A stretch of 64,000 bases of DNA from Candidatus Moranbacteria bacterium GW2011_GWE2_35_2- (lineage in GTDB: Bacteria > Patescibacteriota > Minisyncoccia > Moranbacterales > UBA9337). Position numbers and translations under genes: made by a program. The stretch covers positions 56,016 through 120,015 of the forward strand of contig LBQD01000002.1 in assembly GCA_000990585.1 (NCBI GenBank), written 5' to 3'. A model generated the notes under the pieces. That model did no database searches and was not told the DNA's origin. It saw only the letters and a list, made by a program, of their open reading frames with translations. Of the stretch, positions 9,867 to 19,610 are shown in pieces (the stretch's first letter is position 1; every line of letters begins with the position of its first letter).

Positions 9867-10157
9867 TTATATTTTTCCGCGAAATTTCTCGTATTGGGGA
9901 AATTCGTCGAGAAATTTATTCTTCAACTTGGCGCGGAAGAAAAATCCTACTGCGTACACTAGAATAATAAGCAATGAACAACTGAAAAAAATGAAGATAT
10001 CAAGATTTACTTTGAGTGTAGATGCTATAATATCTCCTCCCAATCCTAACCCAAGTATTCCAAAGGTGAGCAGTAACCCCAAAATAATTTTGCAAGGACT
10101 GGAGTTATCTTCAAGATATTTGAGAAACTTTTCCTTTGCGATTTGCTCCGGATTCAT
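9867..10157 (-). CDS. Hypothetical membrane protein (2 TM)
   Basis: Strong SD AGGAG upstream; two hydrophobic segments; terminator hairpin at ~9820-9852. Confidence 0.65.
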   Translation of the reverse strand: MNPEQIAKEKFLKYLEDNSSPCKIILGLLLTFGILGLGLGGDIIASTLKVNLDIFIFFSCSLLIILVYAVGFFFRAKLKNKFLDEFPQYEKFRGKI

Positions 10158-10194
10158 GGTTGTTCTCCTTTGTTTTTGGTGTTGCGAATAGAAT

Positions 10195-10401
10195 TCAACC
10201 TATTTTGTAAATTAATATCACGTTTCCGTTAGGAGATTTTTGATCTGCAATTAATTCTCCATTTATGATAATATCTCCATCGGTTAGGATAATCTTATCA
10301 CCAACTTTAGGAGAAAGAAATTGTTTTTCTTTAATACAAGCACAGAATCCGTATCGTAGTAATGATTGCATTTCATCAAACGTGATAGTTTTAGTTATCA
10401 T
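10195..10401 (-). CDS. Hypothetical protein
   Basis: SD GGAGG; promoter TTGACA-17-TATATT at 10487-10459. Confidence 0.6.
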   Translation of the reverse strand: MITKTITFDEMQSLLRYGFCACIKEKQFLSPKVGDKIILTDGDIIINGELIADQKSPNGNVILIYKIG

Positions 10402-10592
10402 ACCCCCTCCTGTAGCATGTTTTTAGTAGTAAAACCCCTTCTTATTAAAGAACCTGAAAATATAACACCTTACAATGTGAGTGTCAATATGGATTGTTTT
10501 AGTTTTCAAAGTATTTATCGATTTGACTTAATTTAAGGGATAAATTAGTATATAAATAACGACGAAAATTATCGTCATTAATATATTCTGAC

Positions 10593-11333
10593 ATGAATTT
10601 AAAAGAAAGACTTAAACAACTGGATTTAGGCGAAAAGGAAATCGAAGTTTATATTTCAATACTTAAGCAAAAGCAAACCACGATCACTAGAATTGCCGAT
10701 TCAGCAGGGATCAAAAGAACTTCGGTTTACCATTGTTTGGAAAATTTGATTAAAAAAGGCTTGATAAGCAGAATAAGCAAAGATGGCAGGAATTATTATA
10801 ACGCGGAAGATCCTAAGGAAAGTTTTAGTAATATTTTGAATGAAAAAAAGGAAATCATATTGTCATTGATTCCGAAAGTAAAAGAAATATATGGACAGTC
10901 TGGGAGTTTTCCTGAAATAAAGATTTATCATAATTTGGCGGGAATTAAGAAGATATTTGAAGATCTTTTGTCATGCAAAGAAAAAATCAATAGATATTAT
11001 CTGTCCGGATTTTTATTGGAAGGTATTCTGGGAAAAGAATTTGTCGATGATTTTGTAATGAAGAGAGTAAAAAAGGGAATTAAAAGTTTCTCTTTGCGAA
11101 CGTTTGCGTATAAACCTGAAAGGGAGAAAGGAGAAATACATTCTAAGCAGCTTCGCGAAGTAAGATTTATTCCGGAAAATGTCATCATAAAGCCATATAT
11201 GGTGATTTATGATGACAAGGTGGTTGTAATTTCCACCAAAGAGGAGAAAATCGGCTTTGTGATTCAATCCAAGGAATATGCTGATGCGCAAAAGGCTCTG
11301 TTTGATATGATTTGGAACAATGCAGCGATTTAG
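10593..11333 (+). CDS. TrmB family transcriptional regulator
   Basis: LGEKEIEVY...IKRTSVYHCLENLIKKGLI wHTH; C-terminal PLD-like IYDDKVVVIS...GFVIQSKEYADAQKALFDMIW. Confidence 0.88.
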   Translation: MNLKERLKQLDLGEKEIEVYISILKQKQTTITRIADSAGIKRTSVYHCLENLIKKGLISRISKDGRNYYNAEDPKESFSNILNEKKEIILSLIPKVKEIYGQSGSFPEIKIYHNLAGIKKIFEDLLSCKEKINRYYLSGFLLEGILGKEFVDDFVMKRVKKGIKSFSLRTFAYKPEREKGEIHSKQLREVRFIPENVIIKPYMVIYDDKVVVISTKEEKIGFVIQSKEYADAQKALFDMIWNNAAI

Positions 11334-11347
11334 ATTAAAAAATATTT

Positions 11348-11656
11348 ATGAAAAAATATCATAAAATCGATGAAAAAAAGGAAAAGCTGGCATATCGAAC
11401 TTTGGCGACTTTTCGGAGCAAGGTTTTTGATGTTGTGCGCGAAATTCCAAAGGGAAAAACTTTGACATACAAGCAAGTGGCGGAAAAAGTTGGAAGTCCG
11501 AAGGCTTATCGGGCGGTGGGCAACATCCTGAACAAAAATTTCGATCCCGAAATCCCGTGCCATCGCGTCATCCGTTCGGACGGAAAAATCGGCGGGTATA
11601 ATCGCGGTGAAGATAAAAAACGGGAAATTTTGGAAAAAGAAAGGAAAACAGGGTGA
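11348..11656 (+). CDS. MGMT/Ogt family alkyltransferase (C-terminal domain only)
   Basis: IPKGKTLTYKQVA, AYRAVGNIL, IPCHRVIRSDG. Confidence 0.88.
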   Translation: MKKYHKIDEKKEKLAYRTLATFRSKVFDVVREIPKGKTLTYKQVAEKVGSPKAYRAVGNILNKNFDPEIPCHRVIRSDGKIGGYNRGEDKKREILEKERKTG

Positions 11657-11704
11657 ATATTTACCCTATAGTATTTACTTATATGTAAAAAGATTATCGA
11701 TAGA

Positions 11705-11857
11705 AAGATATTAATAATTAATGACGCGACTGGATCAGGCGCGACTCTCAATGAAACCGCGCGCAAAATCCGCAATATAGCCGATAAAAATATTAAAATT
11801 AGTGGATATTCGGTCGTGGGAAGTTATAAGGGGTTCGATGTGATTAGTGAAGTGTAG
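11705..11857 (+). pseudogene. 3' remnant of a phosphoribosyltransferase-domain gene
   Basis: KILIINDATGSGATLNETARKIR...GFDVISEV* resembles the PRPP-binding loop (hhhhDD-x-x-GSGxT); in-frame stop upstream and no start codon. Confidence 0.6.
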
Positions 11858-11890
11858 GTCTTGTTGAAAAATAAAAAAACAAACAGAATA

Positions 11891-11978
11891 ATGAAAATGC
11901 TTTTGAAAAAATATTTTGGGTTTGAGGAGTTTCGGCCTTTGCAGGGGGAGATTATTTCCAATACGTTGGCAGGGAGGG
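11891..11978 (+). pseudogene. Duplicated 5' end of recQ
   Basis: 80/88 nt identical to 13409-13496 (manual alignment). Confidence 0.85.
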
Positions 11979-12042
11979 TGATCTTGCAAAATATGCGATT
12001 GTATGATATTATACATTTAGTATAACAAATACGTTATACAAT

Positions 12043-12642
12043 ATGTTAAATTATACTAAAATTATGTCGAAAATGGCTAAAAAACTGAATATTTTACATC
12101 AAAGCGGGCAAACGGTTTTTTCTACCAATGAGCTGATGCTACATTGGAGTATCGAAAATAAAAAGATTTTGTATACTCAAATTTCCCGCGCCAAAGAGCA
12201 AGGTTTTTTGAGAACAATCCAGCGAGGTTTGTATGCTCTGGATGGTTTGGAAGTTGACAGACTGGAGTTGGCGGGAAACCTGAAAAAAAAATCGTACATA
12301 AGTTTTGAAACTGTCCTGGCAAAAAACGGATTAATCAACCAGTGGTACGGTTCATATTTTTTGGCATCGGACAGGGAAGCGGATATTGAAAATGAGTATG
12401 GAAAATTCAATTACAGAAAACTGTCTGAAAAGATTTTGAATAATCGTTTGGGGATAATCGATAGCGGTCATTATTTTACAGCTGGCACCGAAAGAGCTAT
12501 CTGCGATTATTTTTACAAAGTCGGCTTTCAACAGCTTGATGACTTGGAGGAAATCGACCAAAACAAGCTTATTGAAATATCTAAAATTTATCACAATAAA
12601 AGGTTGGAAAAAGATATTTTAAAATTAACTAAATTGTTATGA
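12043..12642 (+). CDS. Type IV TA antitoxin, AbiEi-like
   Basis: wHTH with IQRGLY; SYISFETVL; ERAICDY; upstream inverted repeat GTATAAC-N6-GTTATAC; overlaps the toxin gene (ATGA). Confidence 0.8.
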   Translation: MLNYTKIMSKMAKKLNILHQSGQTVFSTNELMLHWSIENKKILYTQISRAKEQGFLRTIQRGLYALDGLEVDRLELAGNLKKKSYISFETVLAKNGLINQWYGSYFLASDREADIENEYGKFNYRKLSEKILNNRLGIIDSGHYFTAGTERAICDYFYKVGFQQLDDLEEIDQNKLIEISKIYHNKRLEKDILKLTKLL

Positions 12643-13355
12643 AATTGGACAAAAGCGAACACAGAAGAATAATGCTAAAAATATTGGGAGATATTTCAGC
12701 CGATCCTCTCCTGGCCAATAATCTTGGTTTTAAAGGCGGCACTGCCTGTTATTTTTTGCATGGTTTGGATCGATTTTCAGTCGATCTTGATTTTGATTTG
12801 CTAGACAAAGAAAGGGAAGAGGAAATAAAAAAACGTCTTTTGGAAATTTTGAGTAAATATGGGTCAATCAAAACAAAAACTGCTATTAAGGTCAGGTATT
12901 CCGATGATTGTCAGGCTTTGAAAATAGATCTTTCAAACAGATATGAAAACAACAAGCGGAATAAATATCAAGTCAAGGATATAGTCTCGGGAATATCCTT
13001 GAAAGTTTTGCGCAAAGAAGATATTTTTGCCCATAAATTGGTGGCGCTCACTGACAGGAGCGCTTCCGGTCAAAGTGGCACTGCTTTTATCGCAAATCGC
13101 GATTTGTATGATATTTATTTTTTCTTCAAAAACGGATGGCATTATAACAAAGAAATTATTGAGTATCAAACAAATAAAAAAGTTAAAGATTATTTGGGAT
13201 ATGCCTCTAAGTTTATAGAAAAATATTCCAACGAGTCGAATATTTTGGACAGACTCGGAGATTTGGTGGATGATGAAAAAAAAGATTGGGTTAAAAAAAA
13301 TCTGAAAAGCGAAATATTGAAACAGTTGGCGATAGAAGTTAAATCATTGGATTAA
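12639..13355 (+). CDS. Type IV TA toxin, AbiEii nucleotidyltransferase
   Basis: FKGGTACYFLHGLDRFSVDLDFD, AHKLVAL, RDLYDIYF. Confidence 0.88.
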   Translation: MKLDKSEHRRIMLKILGDISADPLLANNLGFKGGTACYFLHGLDRFSVDLDFDLLDKEREEEIKKRLLEILSKYGSIKTKTAIKVRYSDDCQALKIDLSNRYENNKRNKYQVKDIVSGISLKVLRKEDIFAHKLVALTDRSASGQSGTAFIANRDLYDIYFFFKNGWHYNKEIIEYQTNKKVKDYLGYASKFIEKYSNESNILDRLGDLVDDEKKDWVKKNLKSEILKQLAIEVKSLD

Positions 13356-13408
13356 GATATTTTCGGATTTATGTAGGATAACTTACCAGACAAATAATTT
13401 TACAAAAA

Positions 13409-15571
13409 ATGAAAACACTTTTGAAAAAATATTTCGGGTTTGAGGAGTTTCGGCCTTTGCAGGAGGAGATTATTTCCAATATTCTGGCGGGGAGGGACAC
13501 TTTTGTTTTGATGCCTACCGGCGGAGGAAAATCTCTTTGCTATCAGCTTCCCGCGCTCAAATTTCCCGGAATCACGATCGTGATTTCTCCTTTGATCGCC
13601 CTGATGAAAGACCAGGTTGATTCGCTGAAGGCCAACGGTGTGGCGGCGGAATTTTTGAATTCTTCGCTTTCTGTCGGGGAAATCGGGAAAATAAAAGATG
13701 AAGCGCAGAAGGGAAAGGTCAAAATTCTTTACATTGCTCCGGAACGTATGGCGATGCGGGATTTCGAGGATTTTCTGATCGGACTGAAACCCAGTTTGAT
13801 CGCGGTGGACGAAGCGCATTGTATTTCGGAGTGGGGACATGATTTCCGTCCGGATTATCGCAATCTTCGAAGGCTCAAGGATATTTTTCCCGGCGTGCCG
13901 ATTGTGGCGCTTACCGCGACGGCAACGGAAAAGGTACGAGAAGATATTTTGAGTCAGCTCAATTTCCGAAACCACAAAACATTCATTTCCAGTTTCAATC
14001 GGGAAAATTTGTTCTTTCGCGTGGTGGAAAAAAGAAACGCTTTTCCTAAATTATTGAAATTATTGGAAAACCGCAAGAAGGACTCCGTGATAATTTATTG
14101 TTTTTCCAGGAAAGATACGGAAAAAGTGGCCGCTGATTTGCGGGCGGAAGGTTTTTCGGCGTTGGCATACCATGCCGGATTGGATTCAGCGAAGCGGAAA
14201 AAGGCGCAGGAGGCGTTTATTCGCGATAAGGCGAATATTATCGTAGCGACAATCGCTTTCGGAATGGGAATTGACAAACCGAATGTCCGCTTGGTGGTGC
14301 ATTATACTTTTCCCAAATCACTGGAAGGATATTATCAAGAAGTCGGGCGCGCGGGACGGGATGGACTTCCGGCGGAATGCGTGATGTTTTACACCTATGC
14401 CGATGCGCGTAAGCACCAATATTTCCTAAACGACATTTCCGATGAGAAATTACGCGCTCAAACGGAGAAAAAACTGCAAGAAGTGATGGATTATGCCGAT
14501 TTGGAATTTTGCCGGAGGCGGCATCTTCTTTCCTACTTTGGTGAAAAATATGAAAAGGAAAATTGTGGCGCATGCGACGCGTGTCTTTCGGATAAAAAAG
14601 AAAAAGAAATGTTTGACGCGACAATTGTGGCGCAAAAGATTCTTTCCGCCATCGTCCGAACCGGACAAAGATTCGGCGCGGGATATATTGTTGACATATT
14701 GAAAGGAAAAAATATCAAGGCGATACGGGATAGAAAACACGACAAACTTTCGGTTTTCGGCATTGTTTCCGATTTTTCAGCCGATCAACTTCGGGAAATA
14801 ACTCGTTCGCTTGTCGGAATGGGATTGGTTGAAAAAGCGTCCGGGGAATATCCTGTTTTGCAATTGACACCCCGAGGCAAGAAATTTTTAAACGACAAGG
14901 AGAAGTTGGAATTGCCGAAACCGAAAGAGGAGGAGATTTTTGATGACAGCTTCAAGGTTGAGGATGATTTTAAATATGACGGACAATTGTTTGAAAAATT
15001 GCGCTCGCTTCGGCGGGAGATTGCCAATAACTTGAACGTTCCGCCATTTGTGGTTTTTTCTGATGTATCGTTGCGGGAAATGGCGTATTATTTTCCCTCA
15101 AATGAAACCGATTTTTTGCGGATTGCGGGTGTGGGGGAATTGAAGCTCAAAAATTTTGGAAAAAAGTTTTTGCAGGAAATAAACCGGTATGCAAAAGAAA
15201 AAAACATTGCGCCCAAAGAATTTTCTTCTATTAGCGAGAAAAAAATAAAAGTGAAAAAAGAAATCGGAAGTGTTTCCGGTGGAACTTTTCGAATTACGCG
15301 GGAATTCTTGAAAAAGAAAATTTCACTAGCTGAAATTGCCAAAGAGCGTCACTTGACCGAAGGAACGATTATTTCACATATTGAAAAAATAATCAATTCC
15401 GGAGAAAAATTGGATATTGACTATTTAAAACCGGAAAAAGAAATTTTTAAAGAAGTCAAAAAAGCTTTTGAGAAATGCGGAACGGGCGCCTTAAGTCCGG
15501 TATACAGGCAACTAAATGGAAAATATGATTACGATATGATTCGGCTGGTAAGGGTGTTTTTGGAAAAATAA
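13409..15571 (+). CDS. recQ: DNA helicase RecQ
   Basis: [29 protein letters not shown], Zn/RQC, HRDC and C-terminal HTH_40-like domains. Confidence 0.96.
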   Translation: MKTLLKKYFGFEEFRPLQEEIISNILAGRDTFVLMPTGGGKSLCYQLPALKFPGITIVISPLIALMKDQVDSLKANGVAAEFLNSSLSVGEIGKIKDEAQKGKVKILYIAPERMAMRDFEDFLIGLKPSLIAVDEAHCISEWGHDFRPDYRNLRRLKDIFPGVPIVALTATATEKVREDILSQLNFRNHKTFISSFNRENLFFRVVEKRNAFPKLLKLLENRKKDSVIIYCFSRKDTEKVAADLRAEGFSALAYHAGLDSAKRKKAQEAFIRDKANIIVATIAFGMGIDKPNVRLVVHYTFPKSLEGYYQEVGRAGRDGLPAECVMFYTYADARKHQYFLNDISDEKLRAQTEKKLQEVMDYADLEFCRRRHLLSYFGEKYEKENCGACDACLSDKKEKEMFDATIVAQKILSAIVRTGQRFGAGYIVDILKGKNIKAIRDRKHDKLSVFGIVSDFSADQLREITRSLVGMGLVEKASGEYPVLQLTPRGKKFLNDKEKLELPKPKEEEIFDDSFKVEDDFKYDGQLFEKLRSLRREIANNLNVPPFVVFSDVSLREMAYYFPSNETDFLRIAGVGELKLKNFGKKFLQEINRYAKEKNIAPKEFSSISEKKIKVKKEIGSVSGGTFRITREFLKKKISLAEIAKERHLTEGTIISHIEKIINSGEKLDIDYLKPEKEIFKEVKKAFEKCGTGALSPVYRQLNGKYDYDMIRLVRVFLEK

Positions 15572-15640
15572 AAAAATCCCGGAAACTTTGCTGTCATATT
15601 TGACAGACGCGATGAGTTTGCAGGATTTTTTCTGCGGAAT

Positions 15641-16006
15641 CTAGTGTAATTTAGATAAGGTACACTCTAATTCATTTAGGAATATCGGTTTTTGTACGCA
15701 GAGTATTTTGTGTTGTTTGGAAAAATTCAAACATTCCTCTGAGATATAGCCAGTGATAAGAATAATTTTTTTTTCAATTCCCGGATTGTCTTTCATTGCT
15801 AATCTGCAGACCTCCAGCCCGTTCATAGCAGGCATTCCGACATCTAGGATGATGGCGTGAAAATTTTCAAGTTTTATTTTTAACAATGCTAAATTTCCTT
15901 CAGACACAGTGATTACTTCCCATTTTTTTCCGAAAAAAGTTTTAAATATTTCCAAAATTGTTATTTCATCATCAACTACTAAAATTTTTTTCTTTTTATT
16001 TAATAT
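15641..16006 (-). CDS. Single-domain response regulator (receiver); start probably ATA at 16006
   Basis: The frame extends 5' of the track ORF to give KKILVVDDE; IILDVGMPAMNGLEV; ITGY; QKP; SD AGGAG 6 nt upstream of ATA. Confidence 0.75.
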   Translation of the reverse strand: MLNKKKKILVVDDEITILEIFKTFFGKKWEVITVSEGNLALLKIKLENFHAIILDVGMPAMNGLEVCRLAMKDNPGIEKKIILITGYISEECLNFSKQHKILCVQKPIFLNELECTLSKLH

Positions 16007-16145
16007 TTTCTTCTCCTTTTTAAGGAACTATTTGAAAACCCCTCATCATTTCTTTGTTAATTACTACGAAAAAGATATTTTAAAATTTCCCGATTATTTT
16101 TTGCTGAAATATTTCATTTGTGTATATTAAGAAATAAAAAATATT

Positions 16146-16263
16146 TTCGAAAAATCGTCACCTTTGCCGAAGAACAAAACATCGACATGATCCTCGAAAC
16201 CGAACACGAAAAAGTCATGGCCGACATCGCCCTCCTAAAATCCTTTCGCGGGAAATAAAAAAG
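16146..16263 (+). pseudogene. 3' tail fragment of an endonuclease IV (nfo)-like gene, copy 1
   Basis: FEKIVTFAEEQNIDMILETEHEKVMADIALLKSFRGK* resembles the Nfo C-terminal ILET motif; repeated at 18975. Confidence 0.55.
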
Positions 16264-16308
16264 CAGGGGCTATATTAAGCTCCCTGCTGATTTATTTATT
16301 AACCTTGA

Positions 16309-16803
16309 TTATCGTTGATTATTAATATGCTTACCACTAAGCAATCCCTCCATTAAGCCCTTCCAGTTTTTTATTAATTTTTCGTCCTCCACAATTAATG
16401 CATTGTAGCATTCCGGATAAATCATTACATCGCCCACAGTAAAAGGGGCGCCATTAGAAGATCCCATCCAAAGATCAAATGCTTTGCCAATAGCATCTTG
16501 ATGATGATTTGCATCTGTAATGATTCCAATTTTCTTTACTCCATACTGCAATGCTTTTAATACAATTACGAGACCAGTGGCTGCTTCAACGCAAACTTCT
16601 TCATCATGAGGCGAAGGAAGATTTATATCGGTTAATACAATATCAAATTCTGCAAGATTCATGCTTGGTTTGTCATGCCAACAATCACGAAATGTCTCAA
16701 AGAAATCAATGAAACTTTCCATAATAGTTAGGTCATGATCTGATAACTGCTTTCTTGCAGCTTCTTGATGAATAGGATTGTCTTCGATAATTAAAATTTT
16801 CAT
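16309..16803 (-). CDS. Atypical receiver-like domain protein
   Basis: MKILIIEDN...FDIVLTDINLP...ITDANHH; SD GGAGG before the ATG at 16803. Confidence 0.7.
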   Translation of the reverse strand: MKILIIEDNPIHQEAARKQLSDHDLTIMESFIDFFETFRDCWHDKPSMNLAEFDIVLTDINLPSPHDEEVCVEAATGLVIVLKALQYGVKKIGIITDANHHQDAIGKAFDLWMGSSNGAPFTVGDVMIYPECYNALIVEDEKLIKNWKGLMEGLLSGKHINNQR

Positions 16804-16816
16804 AGCAACCTCCTTC

Positions 16817-17023
16817 TCAGTTTTTATTAATAACATCTATGGCCCTTGCCTGAACTTCTTCATCAAGCTCGCTTATTTTGAAAAACAACTCATTCTCCAT
16901 GCCAAGATAAATAGATTGAATAACCTTATCCATAATTGCAAATACACATTTGCAATTATAAATTTCTCTCCCAGTATCATTAGCAGAAAACAACCTCATT
17001 ATAAATTGCCTCTTCTCTGTCAT
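16817..17023 (-). CDS. Hypothetical protein
   Basis: SD AGGAG; promoter TTGACA-17-TATAAT at 17140-17112. Confidence 0.6.
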   Translation of the reverse strand: MTEKRQFIMRLFSANDTGREIYNCKCVFAIMDKVIQSIYLGMENELFFKISELDEEVQARAIDVINKN

Positions 17024-17247
17024 AGCAAATCTCCTTGCGTTTTAAGCCTGCTTACTGTTTAATTGTTAAAAAACTTCCTAAGTTATATTAAGATTTTTAT
17101 CTTAACAAGCTATTATATTCCCAAATCAACAAAATGTCAATAATTCCGTGTGTTTTATTGATATATTCATAATATTGCCTTAAAATAAACCTTATTGCAC
17201 TCTAAATATTGACAATTTTATCGTTGTTTGTTAAGATGGCAGTAAAT

Positions 17248-18069
17248 ATGAGCCTAGAAAAAGACCTACAATCTATCGGCCTGGAAGAAAAAGAAGCCAA
17301 AATATACTTGGCCGCTCTTGAGCTTGGGTCGACCAATATCCAAGATCTGGCCGAAAAGGCGGACATCAAGCGCAGTACGGTCTATGAGATTTTGAAAAAA
17401 CTTGAGCCGATGGGTCTGATTACCGAATCCATCAAGGGTAAAAGGAAAACATACATCGCTTCCGGACCGGAAAAACTCAAAAAAAATATCAAAGAAAAAG
17501 AACAACTCATAAATCATATCCTTCCCGAGCTAAAATCTTTAAACAACACCGGAAATATAAAACCTAAGATAACTTATTACGAAGGCCGAGACGGACTCCG
17601 ACAAATTTATAATCTAGCGCTCGAAACCACCACTAAAAAAGTTGACTGGGTTTCGCCTATTCGGGCAGTCATGGACACGGTGGGTGAAAAGTTTCTAGAA
17701 GAATATATCGAAAAAAGAGCCAAGGAAAAATATTGGATCCGATCTATCCAAATCACTGAGCAACAAGTCGACACATACAAATATTTGGACCCAACAACTT
17801 TTGACAAAACCTACCGCCGCGTAAAATTTTCTCCGCCTGGCATCGATATTCCCAACACTATGGCTATTTGGGATAACAAAGTAGCTGTTATTAGCACCCG
17901 AAAAGAAGGATTTGGCTTCATCATTGAAAGCACTGACTATACCCGCTCCATGAAAGTTTTCTACGATCTCCTTTGGAACATCAGCAAATCCTGGGGCAAC
18001 ATGGATTTCAACAACAAAAACCCGCAAAATTCCGAGTTGACTGAAAAAGATGATACTTATTGGAAATAA
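17248..18069 (+). CDS. TrmB family transcriptional regulator
   Basis: GLEEKEAKIYLAALELG, IKRSTVYEIL, YYEGRDGL, IWDNKVAVIS; ATG at 17248. Confidence 0.88.
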   Translation: MSLEKDLQSIGLEEKEAKIYLAALELGSTNIQDLAEKADIKRSTVYEILKKLEPMGLITESIKGKRKTYIASGPEKLKKNIKEKEQLINHILPELKSLNNTGNIKPKITYYEGRDGLRQIYNLALETTTKKVDWVSPIRAVMDTVGEKFLEEYIEKRAKEKYWIRSIQITEQQVDTYKYLDPTTFDKTYRRVKFSPPGIDIPNTMAIWDNKVAVISTRKEGFGFIIESTDYTRSMKVFYDLLWNISKSWGNMDFNNKNPQNSELTEKDDTYWK

Positions 18070-18133
18070 AAAAAACCTTCTCCCATCTCAATTTACCCAA
18101 CATAACCAATCCCAATCTTTAAAAAATAATCAT

Positions 18134-18169
18134 TTAGTCAATTATATGCATATGCACAATATTGACTAA
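18134..18169. repeat. 36-bp palindrome, left flank of the PaaX/Cas2-like gene
   Basis: TTAGTCAAT-TATA-TGCATATGCA-CAAT-ATTGACTAA; related copy at 18887. Confidence 0.8.
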
Positions 18170-18233
18170 TATATCATTCGTAGCTATTATCATATTGCAT
18201 TTAACTTACTATATGCCAATCAAAAAATAAACT

Positions 18234-18851
18234 ATGCGAAAACCCTCCTTTTCAAAAAAATCACAGAATCTGCTTGAAAACTTCATCGAATCCGACACCT
18301 TCACTGCCACTGCCGGCAAATTTTTATTAATGACCTTAGCGTTAGGTGGAATTGTTTTTGCCGGAGCACTTGCTCCCGGCATCCTGCTGGCCACAAAAAA
18401 GAAAAAGCATTTTCATAAATACAATCCCAAACAGCTTCAAAATGCTATCTATAATCTCAAGAAGAGAAATCTAATTGAAATCATTCAAGAGGGTAACACC
18501 AAAACAAAAGTCCGTCTCACTAACAAGGGCAATGAGCGAGTCCGCGAATTTTGTTTTGAGACATTGAGGATAACCAAACCGAAGCGCTGGGACAAAAAAT
18601 GGCGGATTCTGATCTTTGATATACCCACCAGCCCTAAGATATATAACCAGGCACGCAATGCATTGCGAGAAAAAATAAAAAAACTGGGTTTCTACCAGAT
18701 GCAAAAAAGCGTTTGGGTCTGCCCCTATGAATGCGAGGATGAGATTCTTTTTGTCGCCGAAGCCTTTAGTGTTCAAAAATATATCGAGATTATCACCGCT
18801 GAAAAACTTCTGCATGAAAATTACCTCAAGAAAAAATTCAACTTAAACTAA
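18234..18851 (+). CDS. PaaX-like regulator with Cas2-like (ferredoxin-fold) domain, CPR stand-alone family
   Basis: wHTH (LTNKG) followed by WDKKWRILIFDIP...RNALREKIKKLGFYQMQKSVWV. Confidence 0.8.
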   Translation: MRKPSFSKKSQNLLENFIESDTFTATAGKFLLMTLALGGIVFAGALAPGILLATKKKKHFHKYNPKQLQNAIYNLKKRNLIEIIQEGNTKTKVRLTNKGNERVREFCFETLRITKPKRWDKKWRILIFDIPTSPKIYNQARNALREKIKKLGFYQMQKSVWVCPYECEDEILFVAEAFSVQKYIEIITAEKLLHENYLKKKFNLN

Positions 18852-18886
18852 AGTTCACTAAATTAAATATCATTCCTATCCACCAA

Positions 18887-18922
18887 TTAGTCAGATATGT
18901 GCATATGCATAAAATTGACCAA
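18887..18922. repeat. 36-bp palindrome, right flank of the PaaX/Cas2-like gene
   Basis: TTAGTCAGA-TATG-TGCATATGCA-TAAA-ATTGACCAA. Confidence 0.8.
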
Positions 18923-18974
18923 CAAGTTAACTTTGATGATGTACAACTACTATCATTTTTGTTAACAATTTTGC

Positions 18975-19048
18975 ATCCTCGAAACCGAACACGGAAAAGT
19001 CATGGTTAACATCACTCTCCTAAAATCCTTTCGCGGGAAATAAAAAAG
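18975..19048 (+). repeat. nfo-like 3' tail, copy 2 (direct repeat)
   Basis: 68/74 nt identical to 16190-16263; all differences are transitions. Confidence 0.9.
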
Positions 19049-19158
19049 GTGGAGAACTGCGATGAGTTTTCCACCTTCTAGTAATCTCGATGAGAGAGGC
19101 AAGAAAGTTAGATTCAACTTTCTTGCCCAAACCACAATCACCTCTATTTTTAATCACC

Positions 19159-19440
19159 TTATTCAAATTTTATTCCTAATTGAACAAGCTTATTTCTTGC
19201 CGACTCCAGTATTTTTGTGGATTTCGTTAAATATAAGTGTGCGTTATTAGCTCTTTCTTGAGAACATTTTAACTCATATTCTAATCCACACAGACCATCA
19301 GCTTGTTGCTGCAGGCGCCCTTCCAATCTTTCTAATCTATATTCAAAATATTTTTTATCGCGTTCAACTTTACTTCTAGCCATCTCGAATTCATCTATTA
19401 AGGACTTAATTTCACTAAAAAATAATCTTGGTCTTAGCAT
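19159..19440 (-). CDS. Hypothetical coiled-coil protein
   Basis: SD AGGAG; promoter TTGAAA-17-TATACT (19547-19519); heptad-like pattern. Confidence 0.6.
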   Translation of the reverse strand: MLRPRLFFSEIKSLIDEFEMARSKVERDKKYFEYRLERLEGRLQQQADGLCGLEYELKCSQERANNAHLYLTKSTKILESARNKLVQLGIKFE

Positions 19441-19610
19441 TGTTTTGCTCCTGTAGTTGAGGTGATTTTAAAGGAACTGCTTGTCATGATTCTTTTCCTG
19501 TTCTCATCATAACTCTATAGTATAGCACCATTTGGACACTATTTCAATAGTTTACTTGATATTTTAGTAATTCTGTGCTAAACTTGATATATAAGTATAA
19601 GATTTAAAAA

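Noticed and set aside
13400-13975. Long antisense ORFs (also 36997-37623, 55358-55975, 61532-62098 and others)
   Set aside because: Shadows of well-supported genes on the opposite strand, with no recognisable motifs
18234-18851. CRISPR-Cas locus
   Set aside because: The Cas2-like domain is part of a PaaX-like protein; no cas1, effector or array
15609-19069. GCGATGAGTTT motif in two terminator hairpins as a hammerhead core
   Set aside because: Lacks the exact CTGANGA core and the three-stem layout
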